Of a stretch of DNA of 64,000 nt, positions 10,052 to 18,965 are shown piece after piece. The first letter of the stretch is position 1. The number at the start of each line of letters is the position of its first letter. The position numbers were made by a program, and so were the translations under genes. Source of the DNA: an uncultured bacterium. GTDB lineage: Bacteria > Krumholzibacteriota > Krumholzibacteriia > LZORAL124-64-63. The notes below the pieces were generated by a model. It did no database searches and was not told the DNA's origin. It was given only the letters and a program-made list of their open reading frames with translations. Location: the NCBI GenBank assembly GCA_963732385.1, contig CAVSZB010000007.1:1025685-1089684 (forward strand), written 5' to 3'.

Positions 10052-11038
10052 TCAGCGCGCCGTGTCCACAACGCCGGCAACGGTGGTGACGACGGGCGCC
10101 TCGTTCGGCGCGCGCCGCTCGCGGACGATCACGCTGCCGTTGATGGTCTTGCCGTAGCTCTTGAGCTCGGCGGCGATATCGCTCAGACGCGCGATGTGCT
10201 GGGCCTGTCCTGTGGCGTCGGTCACGAGCGCAATGGTCAGGGTGACGAACGGCATCATCTTCTCGAGGCCGGCGCGGCTGCGCACCTGGATGTAGCCCCG
10301 CTCGCGGTCGACCGGGTCATATAGGGCCGTTACGCCCTCGTCGAACCGCCGGATGATCTGTGCGGCGAGCGTGTCGGCATGCTCGGGGGCGGAGATGACC
10401 ACGAAGTCGTCGCCGCCGATGTGTCCGGTGAAGACCGATTGATCAACCGATTCGCGCCCGACATCGAGCAGCATCCGGGCCAGGAAACTGATCGCCTCGT
10501 CGCCCCGCGTATAACCGTAGTAGTCGTTGAAGCCCTTGAAATTATCGATGTCCAGATACAGGAAGCTGAACGGCTGCCCCTCCTGTGAACGCCGCTGCAC
10601 CTCCTGATCGATCGCCCGGTTCCCCGGCAGGCCGGTCAGCGGATTGGCGTCGCGCTGCGACTGGCTCCAGTCCAGCATGTTGCGCATGCGCAGCATCAGT
10701 TCTTCGTGGTTGAACGGCTTGGTCAGGTAGTCGTTCGCGCCCCCGCGCAGACCGCGCACCTTCTCGGAGCCCTCGCCCTTGGCGGTGAGCATGATGACCG
10801 GGATCCAGCTCGTGCGGAAGGCCTCGCGCAGTTTTTGCAGCAGCGTGAAGCCGTCCATCTTCGGCATCATCACGTCGAGCAGGATCAGGTCGGGCACGCT
10901 GCGTTCGATGAACTCGAGGGCGACCAAGCCGTTCTCCGCGAGCGTGACCTCGAAGCCCTCCTGCTCCAGCAGGAACTGGAGGATCTTCCGGATATGCGGC
11001 TCATCATCGACGACGAGAATTCTGCGGGCCGCGGACAT
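10052..11038 (-). CDS. response regulator with receiver and GGDEF (diguanylate cyclase) domains; the GGDEF motif reads GGDDF
   Basis: The REC domain reads RILVVDDEPHIRK...LILLDVMMPKMDG...LTAKG...YLTKPF. The GGDEF domain reads LYLDIDNFKGFNDYYGYTRGDEAI...RESVDQSVFTGHIGGDDFVV. I place the start at ATG 11038, which follows AGGGGGG. The track extension to 11182 (MGVRVPSMSP...) looks untranslated. Confidence 0.8.
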   Translation of the reverse strand: MSAARRILVVDDEPHIRKILQFLLEQEGFEVTLAENGLVALEFIERSVPDLILLDVMMPKMDGFTLLQKLREAFRTSWIPVIMLTAKGEGSEKVRGLRGGANDYLTKPFNHEELMLRMRNMLDWSQSQRDANPLTGLPGNRAIDQEVQRRSQEGQPFSFLYLDIDNFKGFNDYYGYTRGDEAISFLARMLLDVGRESVDQSVFTGHIGGDDFVVISAPEHADTLAAQIIRRFDEGVTALYDPVDRERGYIQVRSRAGLEKMMPFVTLTIALVTDATGQAQHIARLSDIAAELKSYGKTINGSVIVRERRAPNEAPVVTTVAGVVDTAR

Positions 11039-11194
11039 ATGCCCCCCTGACGGGCGTGCAATCTGAAGGCACGCCGCCACGATTTGGGATTTGGGGGCAT
11101 TTTTGGCAATTCGCATGCCATCGACGGGAAGAAGCGACCCCGGAATGGCGAGAGGGGACATTGAAGGAACCCGAACGCCCATTTGGGCCGATTC
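11039..11194 (-). promoter_or_regulatory. 156-bp lower-GC leader/promoter region upstream of the REC-GGDEF/HK/REC operon, with short direct repeats
   Basis: This is the only sizeable gap in the tsaD-to-priA gene run. It contains GATTTGGG-ATTTGGGGG-CATTTTTGG on plus, which is CCCAAAT repeats on the coding strand. The minus strand has a TTGCCA hexamer. The -10 is weak. Confidence 0.3.
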
Positions 11195-12214
11195 TCAGCG
11201 CCAGGAAGCCACGGGACCACGAGCGAAACTGTCCAGATTCCAGCCATCGACGTGCCCGGCGACCAGCCGGCACCACCCCGCGTAGGCGATCATGGCGGCA
11301 TTATCGGTGCAGTATGCCGGATCCGGGGGCAGGAAATGCAGTCCCTCGCGAGCGGCGGCTGCGGCCACCGCGCCCCGCAGCCGACGATTGGCCGCCACCC
11401 CGCCGGCGAGATAGACTGCCCGCGTCCGCCGCTCGCGCGCCGCCTGGATCAGACGCGCAACGAGAACCTCGACGATGGCCTCCTGGGTCTCGAGCGCCAG
11501 ATCGGCCACATCCTGCGGCAAATGCGGCCGGGGCAGCTTTTCCACCTCCAGGCGCGCCGCGGTCTTGAGGCCGCTGAAGCTGAAGACGATCCGCGGGTCG
11601 CGCAGCAGCGGCCGGGGGAACCGGAAATGTCCCGGCCGCCCCCCCTCCGCCGCCCGATCGATGGCCGGACCACCCGGATAGGGGAGGCCGAGCAGTTGGG
11701 CCACCTTGTCGAACGCCTCGCCCGCCGCGTCGTCGAGCGTCGCGCCGAGGCGCTCGTAACGCCCCACCTCCGACATCAGCACGACCTCGGTGTGACCACC
11801 TGAAACCACCAGCACCGCGGCCGGGAACTGCAGCGGGGCCGTGAGCGCATTGGCCAGGATGTGTCCTTCGATGTGGTGCACCCCGGCCAGCTTCAGGCCG
11901 GCCGTGTAGGCCAGCGCCTTGGCCGTGGAGAGACCGACCAGCAGCGCGCCGATCAAACCAGGGCCGGCGGTCACCGCCACGCCGTCGAGGTCCTTCAGCC
12001 CGAGCCTCTGGCCCGACAGCAGATGCTCGACCATCGGCAGCAGATTGACCAGATGGGCGCGTGACGCGAGTTCCGGCACGACCCCGCCGAAAGGTCCGTG
12101 CAGCCTCACCTGAGAGGAGACGAGGTTCGCCGTCACGCCACGACCCTCTTCGTAGAGCGCCACGCTCGTGTCGTCACAACTGGTTTCGATACCGAGCACG
12201 CGCACGGCGTTCAC
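11195..12214 (-). CDS. tsaD: tRNA N6-adenosine threonylcarbamoyltransferase (Kae1/YgjD family)
   Basis: It has MNAVRVLGIETSCDDTSVALYEEG, the metal-binding HxxGH (HIEGH), and is 339 aa. Its start overlaps the nnr stop (ATGA). Confidence 0.9.
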   Translation of the reverse strand: MNAVRVLGIETSCDDTSVALYEEGRGVTANLVSSQVRLHGPFGGVVPELASRAHLVNLLPMVEHLLSGQRLGLKDLDGVAVTAGPGLIGALLVGLSTAKALAYTAGLKLAGVHHIEGHILANALTAPLQFPAAVLVVSGGHTEVVLMSEVGRYERLGATLDDAAGEAFDKVAQLLGLPYPGGPAIDRAAEGGRPGHFRFPRPLLRDPRIVFSFSGLKTAARLEVEKLPRPHLPQDVADLALETQEAIVEVLVARLIQAARERRTRAVYLAGGVAANRRLRGAVAAAAAREGLHFLPPDPAYCTDNAAMIAYAGWCRLVAGHVDGWNLDSFARGPVASWR

Positions 12215-13791
12215 CTCTCCCCGGCAGGGGGGCGGGAACCGGATCGGGCTTCCAGTTCGGCGTACGCGGCCGGCAGGGCGGCGGCCACCTCGCGCGCCAG
12301 CACGCTGCGCCGCGAGCCGGGCACCGCCGCGATCTCCCCGGCCCGTCCGTGCAGCCAGGCGCCCAGCAGCGCCGCCTCGCGCGCGCCGAGCCCCTGCGCC
12401 AGCAGGCCGCCGATCAGGCCGGTCAGCACATCCCCCGTCCCGCCATGCGCGAGCGCGTCGTCTCCGGGAGGATTGAAGTGCAGAGCTCCGTCGGGCGTGG
12501 CCACGAGCGCGGGCGAACCCTTCAGGAGCAGCGTCACGCCCCAGCGCTCCGCCAGCTCCGGCGCCAGTTCGAGCCGCCGACTCTCCACCTCCGTGGCGGG
12601 AATGCCGATCAAGCCGGCCAGTTCCCCCGCATGCGGCGTGACCACGACCTCGCTTCCCCCGGTCCGCGGCGCCACGCCCAGACGGCCGAAGGCGGTGAAA
12701 GCATCCGCGTCCACGACCGCCGGCAGCGACAGATCGCCGAGGAAGTCGACGACCCAGCGGTCGGTCCCGGGATCGGCGCCCAGACCGGGCCCGATCGCCA
12801 CCGCATCGCGCCGCGCGAGCAGGCGCGCGGACAGGTCCGCGTCAAACGGGGCCAGGGTGCCGGCCGGGGTCACCGGCAGCGGCAGCAACAGCGCCTCGGG
12901 CAGCAGGGCCCGCAGCGATCCTTCGAGCAACTCCGGCGCCGCGACTGCGACCAGGCCGGCGCCGGAGCGCAGCGCGCCCAGACCCGCCAGCGCGGCCGCT
13001 CCCCCGAAGGCGCGCGACCCGGCCACGACGAGCACCGATCCGCAGCGGTACTTGTGGGTGTCGGACCGGCGCACCGGCAGCAGAGCCGCGTACTCCGCCG
13101 GCGCCAGCCAGTGTCGATCCGCCGTGCCCGCGCGCACGCGCCCGGCGTCAAAACCGATGTCGACGACCACCAGACGACCGACGTGGTCGCGCCCCGGCGG
13201 CAGCAGCAGACCGAGTTTCGGCAGGCCTACCGTCACTGTGGCGGCAGCGCGCACGGCGACGGGGTCGGCCAGGCCGGTGTCGCCCGCAACTCCCGAGGGG
13301 ATATCCACGGCCAGCACCGGCGCGCGCACCGCGGCGAATGCGGCCAGCAAAGCGACGTGCGGCGGCGCGATCGGCGGCACGACGCCGGTGCCGAACACGG
13401 CGTCCACGGCCAGACCGGCGCCGTCGCAGAGCGCCAGCCAGCGCTCCGCCCAGGCCTCCGGCCGGCACATCTCCACGCGCACCGACGACGGCAGGCGATC
13501 ATGGTTGAGCCGGGCGTCAGGGGTCAGTTCTTCCGGCGCCGCCAGCAGCAGCACGCCCACCTCGAAGCCACGCTGCGCGAAGTGACGCGCCATGACCAGA
13601 CCGTCGCCCCCGTTGTTCCCCCGGCCACAACAGAGCACCACCCGGGCCGGCGGGACCAGTCCGGGGAAGAGCGCCAGCGCCGCATGCGTAATCTCGCCGC
13701 CCGCGCGCTCCATCAGTTCGGCCCCCGGCACGCCGGCGGCGATGGCCCCGCGGTCGATGGCCGCCATTTCCCGTGCCGTGGCGACCCTCAT
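12211..13791 (-). CDS. nnr: bifunctional NAD(P)H-hydrate repair enzyme (N-terminal YjeF_N epimerase plus C-terminal ADP-dependent dehydratase)
   Basis: The N-terminal part reads VLCCGRGNNGGDGLVMARHF and the C-terminal part reads KYRCGSVLVVAGSRAFGGAAALAG...GTGDVLTGLIGGLLAQG. It is 526 aa. There are ATGA overlaps at both ends. Confidence 0.85.
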   Translation of the reverse strand: MRVATAREMAAIDRGAIAAGVPGAELMERAGGEITHAALALFPGLVPPARVVLCCGRGNNGGDGLVMARHFAQRGFEVGVLLLAAPEELTPDARLNHDRLPSSVRVEMCRPEAWAERWLALCDGAGLAVDAVFGTGVVPPIAPPHVALLAAFAAVRAPVLAVDIPSGVAGDTGLADPVAVRAAATVTVGLPKLGLLLPPGRDHVGRLVVVDIGFDAGRVRAGTADRHWLAPAEYAALLPVRRSDTHKYRCGSVLVVAGSRAFGGAAALAGLGALRSGAGLVAVAAPELLEGSLRALLPEALLLPLPVTPAGTLAPFDADLSARLLARRDAVAIGPGLGADPGTDRWVVDFLGDLSLPAVVDADAFTAFGRLGVAPRTGGSEVVVTPHAGELAGLIGIPATEVESRRLELAPELAERWGVTLLLKGSPALVATPDGALHFNPPGDDALAHGGTGDVLTGLIGGLLAQGLGAREAALLGAWLHGRAGEIAAVPGSRRSVLAREVAAALPAAYAELEARSGSRPPAGER

Positions 13792-14531
13792 GGGCTCACC
13801 GCCGCGGTTCCACCGTTGAGACGATCGAGAACGTCGAGCAGTTCCTGGAGATCGTCGATGATGAAGTCTGCGTCAGGCCGCGCCTCCGGCAAACGGTCGG
13901 TCGACTGGTAAGTGTCGCCGTACCGCGCGTAGACCGTGTGGATGCCCAGTTCCCCGGCGCCGGCGATATCGCGGGCGGGCCAGTCGCCCACCATCACCGC
14001 CTCGTGCGGCGCCACGCCGAGCCGATCGAGCGCCAGGCGGAACGGTTCGGGACTCGGTTTGCGATGGCCCGTGTCGTCGAAGGTGAGCACCACATCGAAG
14101 ACGTGGTGCAGTTGCAGCATGCAGAGCCGGATCCACGCTTCGAAACGGGGCGCGTCGCTCAGCACCGCCAGACCATAGCCGCCCTTCAGAAGACGATTGA
14201 GAGTCAGGAGCGCGTGCGGATAGAGCACGAGCGTGCCGTCGCGCGAGCGACGGTACGCCACCACGGCGGCGGCGAGCATGCGATCGTCGACCGCGCCGTG
14301 CACATCCTGAAGGAAGGCGTTGAACACCCGCTGGTATTCGATCCCCTTGCGATCGTAGATGCCATAAATGCGCCGATACGCCTCCTCGTGCGGCAGGCGC
14401 AGCCCGGCGTCGATCATGGCGTCGACCGCGGCCCGGATCGCCTGGTTCTTCGCCCCCATGAAGTCGTACAGCGTGTTGTCGAGATCGAAGATGATCGCCC
14501 GGATCGGGCTTCCACTCGGACGTTCAGGCAT
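13788..14531 (-). CDS. HAD-superfamily hydrolase (subfamily IA-like)
   Basis: It has the DxD nucleophile motif IIFDLDNTLYDF, VLSDAP, and the C-terminal GDWPARDIAGAGELGIHTVYA motif IV region. Confidence 0.7.
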   Translation of the reverse strand: MPERPSGSPIRAIIFDLDNTLYDFMGAKNQAIRAAVDAMIDAGLRLPHEEAYRRIYGIYDRKGIEYQRVFNAFLQDVHGAVDDRMLAAAVVAYRRSRDGTLVLYPHALLTLNRLLKGGYGLAVLSDAPRFEAWIRLCMLQLHHVFDVVLTFDDTGHRKPSPEPFRLALDRLGVAPHEAVMVGDWPARDIAGAGELGIHTVYARYGDTYQSTDRLPEARPDADFIIDDLQELLDVLDRLNGGTAAVSP

Positions 14532-14699
14532 GACACTCCTTTGCCGCCCCCTCTCCGGCCGCGCGATTCGCGACCAGGATATCAGCGCCCGGGGTGGCGC
14601 GTCGGGCCGACAGGAGGCATCTTAGGCGGTCAGGCGCGCCGTGCCAAGGGCGCCGCGCCGCGGGGCCGCACCGGCGCGGCGTCGCCTCCGGAGGAGCGC

Positions 14700-15578
14700 A
14701 TGCCCGAACCGACCCTGCCGCCCCCGGCACCGCCCGCTTTGCCCGACCCTCCCGCCGGGAATTCCGGTCCACCGCCCGGCCTCTGGACCGCCTGGAGCTC
14801 TGTCCGGCTGCTCGCCTGGGCCGGGGCCTGCCTGCTCGGCAACGCCGCGGTGCAGAGCGTGACCTTCGCGCTCACCGACGACATCTTCCTGCCGGTGGCC
14901 GCCGGCGGTCTGCTCGGCATGCTGCTGCCGACCTGGCTCGTCGCCCGCGCCCACGGCTGCGGACTCGCGCGCGACTTCGGCTTCGACCGCCCCCGCGCCG
15001 GCGTCCTGTTCTGGACCGCGGTCGCGGTCGCCGGCTCGTTCGCGCCCACCGCCCTGCTGGCGGCGCTCTCGGCGCGCATCCGACCGGTGCCGCCGGAATG
15101 GGAGGCGCTCTTCACCTCCCACCTGCCACGGACTGCGGCGGCGACCGGCGGGGCGTTTCTCGCGGTCGCGGTGGCGGTCCCGCTGGCGGAGGAGCTGCTT
15201 TTCCGCGGCATCCTGCAGCGGCTCGCCGCGCGCCGCTGGGGCGATCTGGCGGGCGTCGTGCTGGGGGCGCTCCTGTTCGCGATCCTGCATCTGGAACCGT
15301 GGTATCTGCTGGGGTTGCTCGGGGTGGGACTGCTGCTCGGCTACGTCTGGGCGGTCACGCGCTCCCTGACCGTCTGCGCGGTGGCGCACGGACTGCACAA
15401 CGCCGCGGCCCTGACCATGATGCTGCGCCAGGGCGGGGAGGCCGGCTCGCCGGCCGTCATCGAACGCGCCGACTGGCTCTGGCTCGCAGCGTCCTTGCCG
15501 ATCCTCGCGCTGGGGTGCGCGGGACTGGCGCGGGCGGTCCGGCGGGAGAACCCGCACGTCCCCGGCGCGGATAGCTGA
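14700..15578 (+). CDS. CPBP-family intramembrane metalloprotease (CAAX protease self-immunity type)
   Basis: It has EELLFRG (motif 1), FAILHLE and AVAHGLHNAAA (motifs 2/3) and 6-7 TM segments. ATG 14700 follows GGAGGAG. The track ORF 13773..15578 is inflated upstream by antisense reading through the HAD gene. Confidence 0.75.
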   Translation: MPEPTLPPPAPPALPDPPAGNSGPPPGLWTAWSSVRLLAWAGACLLGNAAVQSVTFALTDDIFLPVAAGGLLGMLLPTWLVARAHGCGLARDFGFDRPRAGVLFWTAVAVAGSFAPTALLAALSARIRPVPPEWEALFTSHLPRTAAATGGAFLAVAVAVPLAEELLFRGILQRLAARRWGDLAGVVLGALLFAILHLEPWYLLGLLGVGLLLGYVWAVTRSLTVCAVAHGLHNAAALTMMLRQGGEAGSPAVIERADWLWLAASLPILALGCAGLARAVRRENPHVPGADS

Positions 15579-15587
15579 TAGGCAATG

Positions 15588-15623
15588 AGCCGGTCCCGGC
15601 TCAGGTTTTCTGGGGTTTTTTGC
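15588..15623 (+). terminator. intrinsic terminator candidate 10 nt after the CPBP stop
   Basis: There is a perfect 7-bp stem GAGCCGG-tcc-CGGCTC followed by aggTTTTcTggggTTTTTTg. It overlaps the stop codon of the convergent gene 15601..16929. Confidence 0.45.
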
Positions 15624-16929
15624 GGGCGGCCGGAAAGAGAACATTGTTCAGGATCAGCCGGTAGCCGGGCGAGGTGGGGTAGAGGTCAAGATCGGTGGGC
15701 GGATCCCCCACCGCGTGCTGGTAGTCCTCGGGATCGTGCCCGCCGAGAAACGTGAACGTGCCCTGGCCATGCTTGCCGTGGAGGTAGCGCACCTCGTCAG
15801 TCCCCTCCACCTGCGCCAGCACGATCACCGGGCGCTTGAGAAACCGCCTGTGGAAGCCGGTGGTCTGGCCCATGAAACCGTTCAGCACGTTGACATGGTC
15901 CTGGGTCAGCATCGCCGGCACCGGGTCGATCTTCGCGGAAAAGCCGAAGAGGGTGAAATCGTCGCCTTCCGGACCGCGCAACTGCGCCTCCTCGGTGGTG
16001 TCGATCGTCGAGTACTCGTAGACCAGCGGGTTGACGACGAGACTCCAGCCCTGGAACGCGAAGGCGCGACCATCTTCCCGTTTCGCTTCGCGGGCCCCGT
16101 CGAGCCCGTCCCCGTCATATTCGACCGGCACGATGTCCACGACCAGATAGCTGAGCGCGATGTCGATCGTATCGGTGGCGGAACACATGGCGAACAGGAA
16201 GCCACCCGCCGACACGTAGTCCGAGATGCGCAACGCCACCGCCTGCTTGAGCTGCCAGACCTTCGCAAACCCTAGTTCGCGCGCCAGATTCTCATTGAAG
16301 TCCTTCTGCTCGAGATACCACGGTTCGAGCTGCAGGGAGTAGAACTTGCCCGACTGCCCGGTAAAATCCTCGTGGTGCAGGTGGATCCAGTCGAACTCGC
16401 GCAGCCCCCCCGCCAGCACCTCGCGGTCGTAGATCTTCGTGTAGGGGATGTCCGCATAGTCGAGCGCGAGCATCACGGCATCGTCCCACGGCTGCGCGTA
16501 GGGCGGCGTGTAGACCGCGATGCGCGGCGCGGCCTCCAGCAACACCTCTTCCATGTTCTCCCGCGCGACGGTCGCACGTACGACCGCCACATCCGCTTCG
16601 GACAACAGATCGAACCGCACGCCCATCACCCGCGCCTCGACCCGCGCACGCTCCGTCGCGCGCAGCAGGAAACTGCCGCCGCGGTAGTTCAGCAGCCAGC
16701 TGACCGGTTCATCCGCCTGCAGCGCGTGGTAGGCATACCCGTAGGCACGCAGGTGATTCGTCTGGCCCAGGTCCATCGGCACGAGCAGCCAGTCGGCGGC
16801 GCCGGCCGGGGCGGCGACACAGACGCAGACGAGCGCGAGCAGCCAGCCGGGCAGGCGTGTCGTCGCGCCGGGCGGCCCCCACGGCCGCGGACGCCCGCCG
16901 ACGCCGGAGAAGACGCAATGGCGTTTCAT
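15601..16929 (-). CDS. secreted hypothetical protein, possibly with a class-I glutamine-amidotransferase-like (ThuA/DUF4159-type) fold
   Basis: It is 442 aa. The N-terminal signal peptide reads LPGWLLALVCVCVAAPAGAA. It has a candidate nucleophile context LFAMCSATD. Its ATG overlaps the TPR gene stop (ATGA). The family assignment is tentative. Confidence 0.55.
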   Translation of the reverse strand: MKRHCVFSGVGGRPRPWGPPGATTRLPGWLLALVCVCVAAPAGAADWLLVPMDLGQTNHLRAYGYAYHALQADEPVSWLLNYRGGSFLLRATERARVEARVMGVRFDLLSEADVAVVRATVARENMEEVLLEAAPRIAVYTPPYAQPWDDAVMLALDYADIPYTKIYDREVLAGGLREFDWIHLHHEDFTGQSGKFYSLQLEPWYLEQKDFNENLARELGFAKVWQLKQAVALRISDYVSAGGFLFAMCSATDTIDIALSYLVVDIVPVEYDGDGLDGAREAKREDGRAFAFQGWSLVVNPLVYEYSTIDTTEEAQLRGPEGDDFTLFGFSAKIDPVPAMLTQDHVNVLNGFMGQTTGFHRRFLKRPVIVLAQVEGTDEVRYLHGKHGQGTFTFLGGHDPEDYQHAVGDPPTDLDLYPTSPGYRLILNNVLFPAARKKPQKT

Positions 16930-18965
16930 GGCCGACTCCGCAGGCGGTCGCGGACATCATCCGCGAACAGGTATTCCGGATACTGCACCAGCAGGCGCTC
17001 CCACGCCGCGCGCGCGCCGTCCGGATCGCCCCGGTCCAGCCTGATCTCCCCCTCCAGCGCCAGCGCCTCGGCGGGATAGCGACCGTCGGGGTGGTCGCGC
17101 ACGATTGCCGCGCACTGCGCGAGCGCTTCCGCAGAGCGGCCGGCGGTGCGATGGAGCCGCGCCAGTTCGTACCGGGCCTGCTCCAGCAGACGCGCGTCCG
17201 ACCCCGGATCGCCCGCCGCCACCGCAGTCGCCGCGTAACGCTCCAGGGCGAAGCACTGCGAATCCGGCTGCGCGGTGATCTGGAACAGCACGCTGCGAGC
17301 GTAGCGTCCCAGCGCCTCCGGCCCGCCGGCCGGATTTTCCAGCTCCTCGGCCACGATCAGGCCGAGCGCGAGAGCATCATTGGCGTAGTCGGCCAGCGGG
17401 TTCTCGAGCGCCACGGCGGCGAGCCGATCGCGGGCCGTCTCAAAGTGGCCCTCCGCCAGGTCGAGCCGCGCCAGCGCCCAGTGCGCGCTCCCGGCGGCGG
17501 CCCGCTGCGCGGTGTGGGGGGTGCGCCCGAGCTGCGTCAGCACGACCCGCCCGCGCGCCGTATCGCCCGCCGCGAGATAGCACTCCCCCAGCGCCAGGCG
17601 CGCCAGCGCGACCCCCTCAAGCGGCAGGTCCAGGTCCGTGAGCATCCGCTCGAGCCGCGCGGCCGCCTCCGCCGGACGGTGCAGCGCGTCGCGGGTGTGG
17701 CGGGCGAGCAGAATCTGCGCCGCATAGAGGTGGGACGAGCCGGGGCTTCCCTCCCGCACGAGGGCCAGCACCCGGTCGAACCTCTGCGCCGCCGCCTCGG
17801 GATCGGCGGCGAGCAGCTCCGCGCGCAGGGCGTCCTCAGCGCTCTGGGCCAGCAGGTCGAGCGCGCGCGGCCGAAATCCGGGCGAGAGCGCGCCGGGAGC
17901 GCCGAGCCGCTCGAGGAGGGTCAGCAGGAACCCGGTCATCGCGCCGCGCGCGGCGGGGTCGGACGTCAACGGCGCCTCCCGGACAAGAGTGGCGCAGAGC
18001 TGCAACACGGCAGCCGCCTGATTCGGCTCGCCCAGAAGCGGCGTTACGGTCGCGATCGCCGCCGCCTCCTCCCCCAGGCGCAACTGCAGGCTCGCGGCCA
18101 GGATTGCCACTCCGCTCGCCCCGATTGCGTCCGGGTCGCCGAGCGCGCGCAGGGCGTGGACGAGCCGCCGGGACAGGTCCGGCGTCAACACCATGTCCAG
18201 CAGGTCCGCGCGCAGCAGCGGCAGGTTCAGCGGATCGGCGAGGGCCTGGTCCCGCAGCGCCTGCGCCCCTTCCGCGAGGCGGTCGAGGGCCAGCAGGCTG
18301 GCCGTCCGCTGGCGCGCCAGCAGCCGGACGCCGCCCGGTCGGCTGCCCATACGATCGCACAGCGCCAGCGCCTCATCGTGCCGTCCCGCGCGCTGCCACA
18401 GATCGACGGCCACGAGGGCGCCGCTGAGCGGGTCGGGGCTGACCGCGAGAAAACTGTCCACGACGGCCCGCGCGGCCGGCACCTCCGTCATGATCATCAG
18501 CGCCCCGGCCAACTCCCGCAGGAAACGCGCACTGCCCGGCTGCCCGGCCAGACCCTCGCGGCACAGGCGCACGGTCCCGGCGGGATCGCCCTCGGCCCTG
18601 GACAGGGCGATCCAGCGCGGCAGCGATTCGCGCCGGGGAACACCCTCCGCCTCCACGCCGGCCAGGGTCTGACGGGCCCGCGCGACCTGACCCAGGGCGA
18701 GCAGCTTGTCGACCTCCGCCAGCCGCAACTGCCACTCGGCCAGCGGCATGGCTGGCGAGAGCCGCGAACGCGGCAGCGGGATCATCCCCGGCGGCAAAGA
18801 GAGCGGCGGCTGATCAGGACCAGGCACGACCGGAGCGGGCCGCAAAGCGGGGGGGGGCGTCACCGGCCGCGCCGTCGCCAGGCGGATCGTCCCCCCGGGC
18901 CCTCCGCAGACGACCGCCAACATCAGGCTCACAACCAGCGCGCGGCCGGACCGGGTCGGCGTCAT
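16926..18965 (-). CDS. tetratricopeptide-repeat protein with an N-terminal signal peptide (BatC/BatE-like context)
   Basis: It is 679 aa, rich in A/L/R, with repeated xLAxAxxxLGxxxxA TPR-like units throughout. The signal peptide is MTPTRSGRALVVSLMLAVVCGG. Its ATG overlaps the downstream stop. Confidence 0.7.
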   Translation of the reverse strand: MTPTRSGRALVVSLMLAVVCGGPGGTIRLATARPVTPPPALRPAPVVPGPDQPPLSLPPGMIPLPRSRLSPAMPLAEWQLRLAEVDKLLALGQVARARQTLAGVEAEGVPRRESLPRWIALSRAEGDPAGTVRLCREGLAGQPGSARFLRELAGALMIMTEVPAARAVVDSFLAVSPDPLSGALVAVDLWQRAGRHDEALALCDRMGSRPGGVRLLARQRTASLLALDRLAEGAQALRDQALADPLNLPLLRADLLDMVLTPDLSRRLVHALRALGDPDAIGASGVAILAASLQLRLGEEAAAIATVTPLLGEPNQAAAVLQLCATLVREAPLTSDPAARGAMTGFLLTLLERLGAPGALSPGFRPRALDLLAQSAEDALRAELLAADPEAAAQRFDRVLALVREGSPGSSHLYAAQILLARHTRDALHRPAEAAARLERMLTDLDLPLEGVALARLALGECYLAAGDTARGRVVLTQLGRTPHTAQRAAAGSAHWALARLDLAEGHFETARDRLAAVALENPLADYANDALALGLIVAEELENPAGGPEALGRYARSVLFQITAQPDSQCFALERYAATAVAAGDPGSDARLLEQARYELARLHRTAGRSAEALAQCAAIVRDHPDGRYPAEALALEGEIRLDRGDPDGARAAWERLLVQYPEYLFADDVRDRLRSRP

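Noticed and set aside
11039-11182. The track gives a 48-aa N-terminal extension (MGVRVPSMSPLAIPG...) on the REC-GGDEF protein.
   Set aside because: The receiver domain starts at MSAARRILVVDDE with its own G-rich RBS. The upstream stretch is low-GC leader carrying repeats.
13773-14699. The track ORF 13773..15578 extends the CPBP protease gene 5' by about 300 codons.
   Set aside because: That part is antisense to the HAD hydrolase gene. The real start is the ATG at 14700, which has a GGAGGAG RBS. The protein family begins there.
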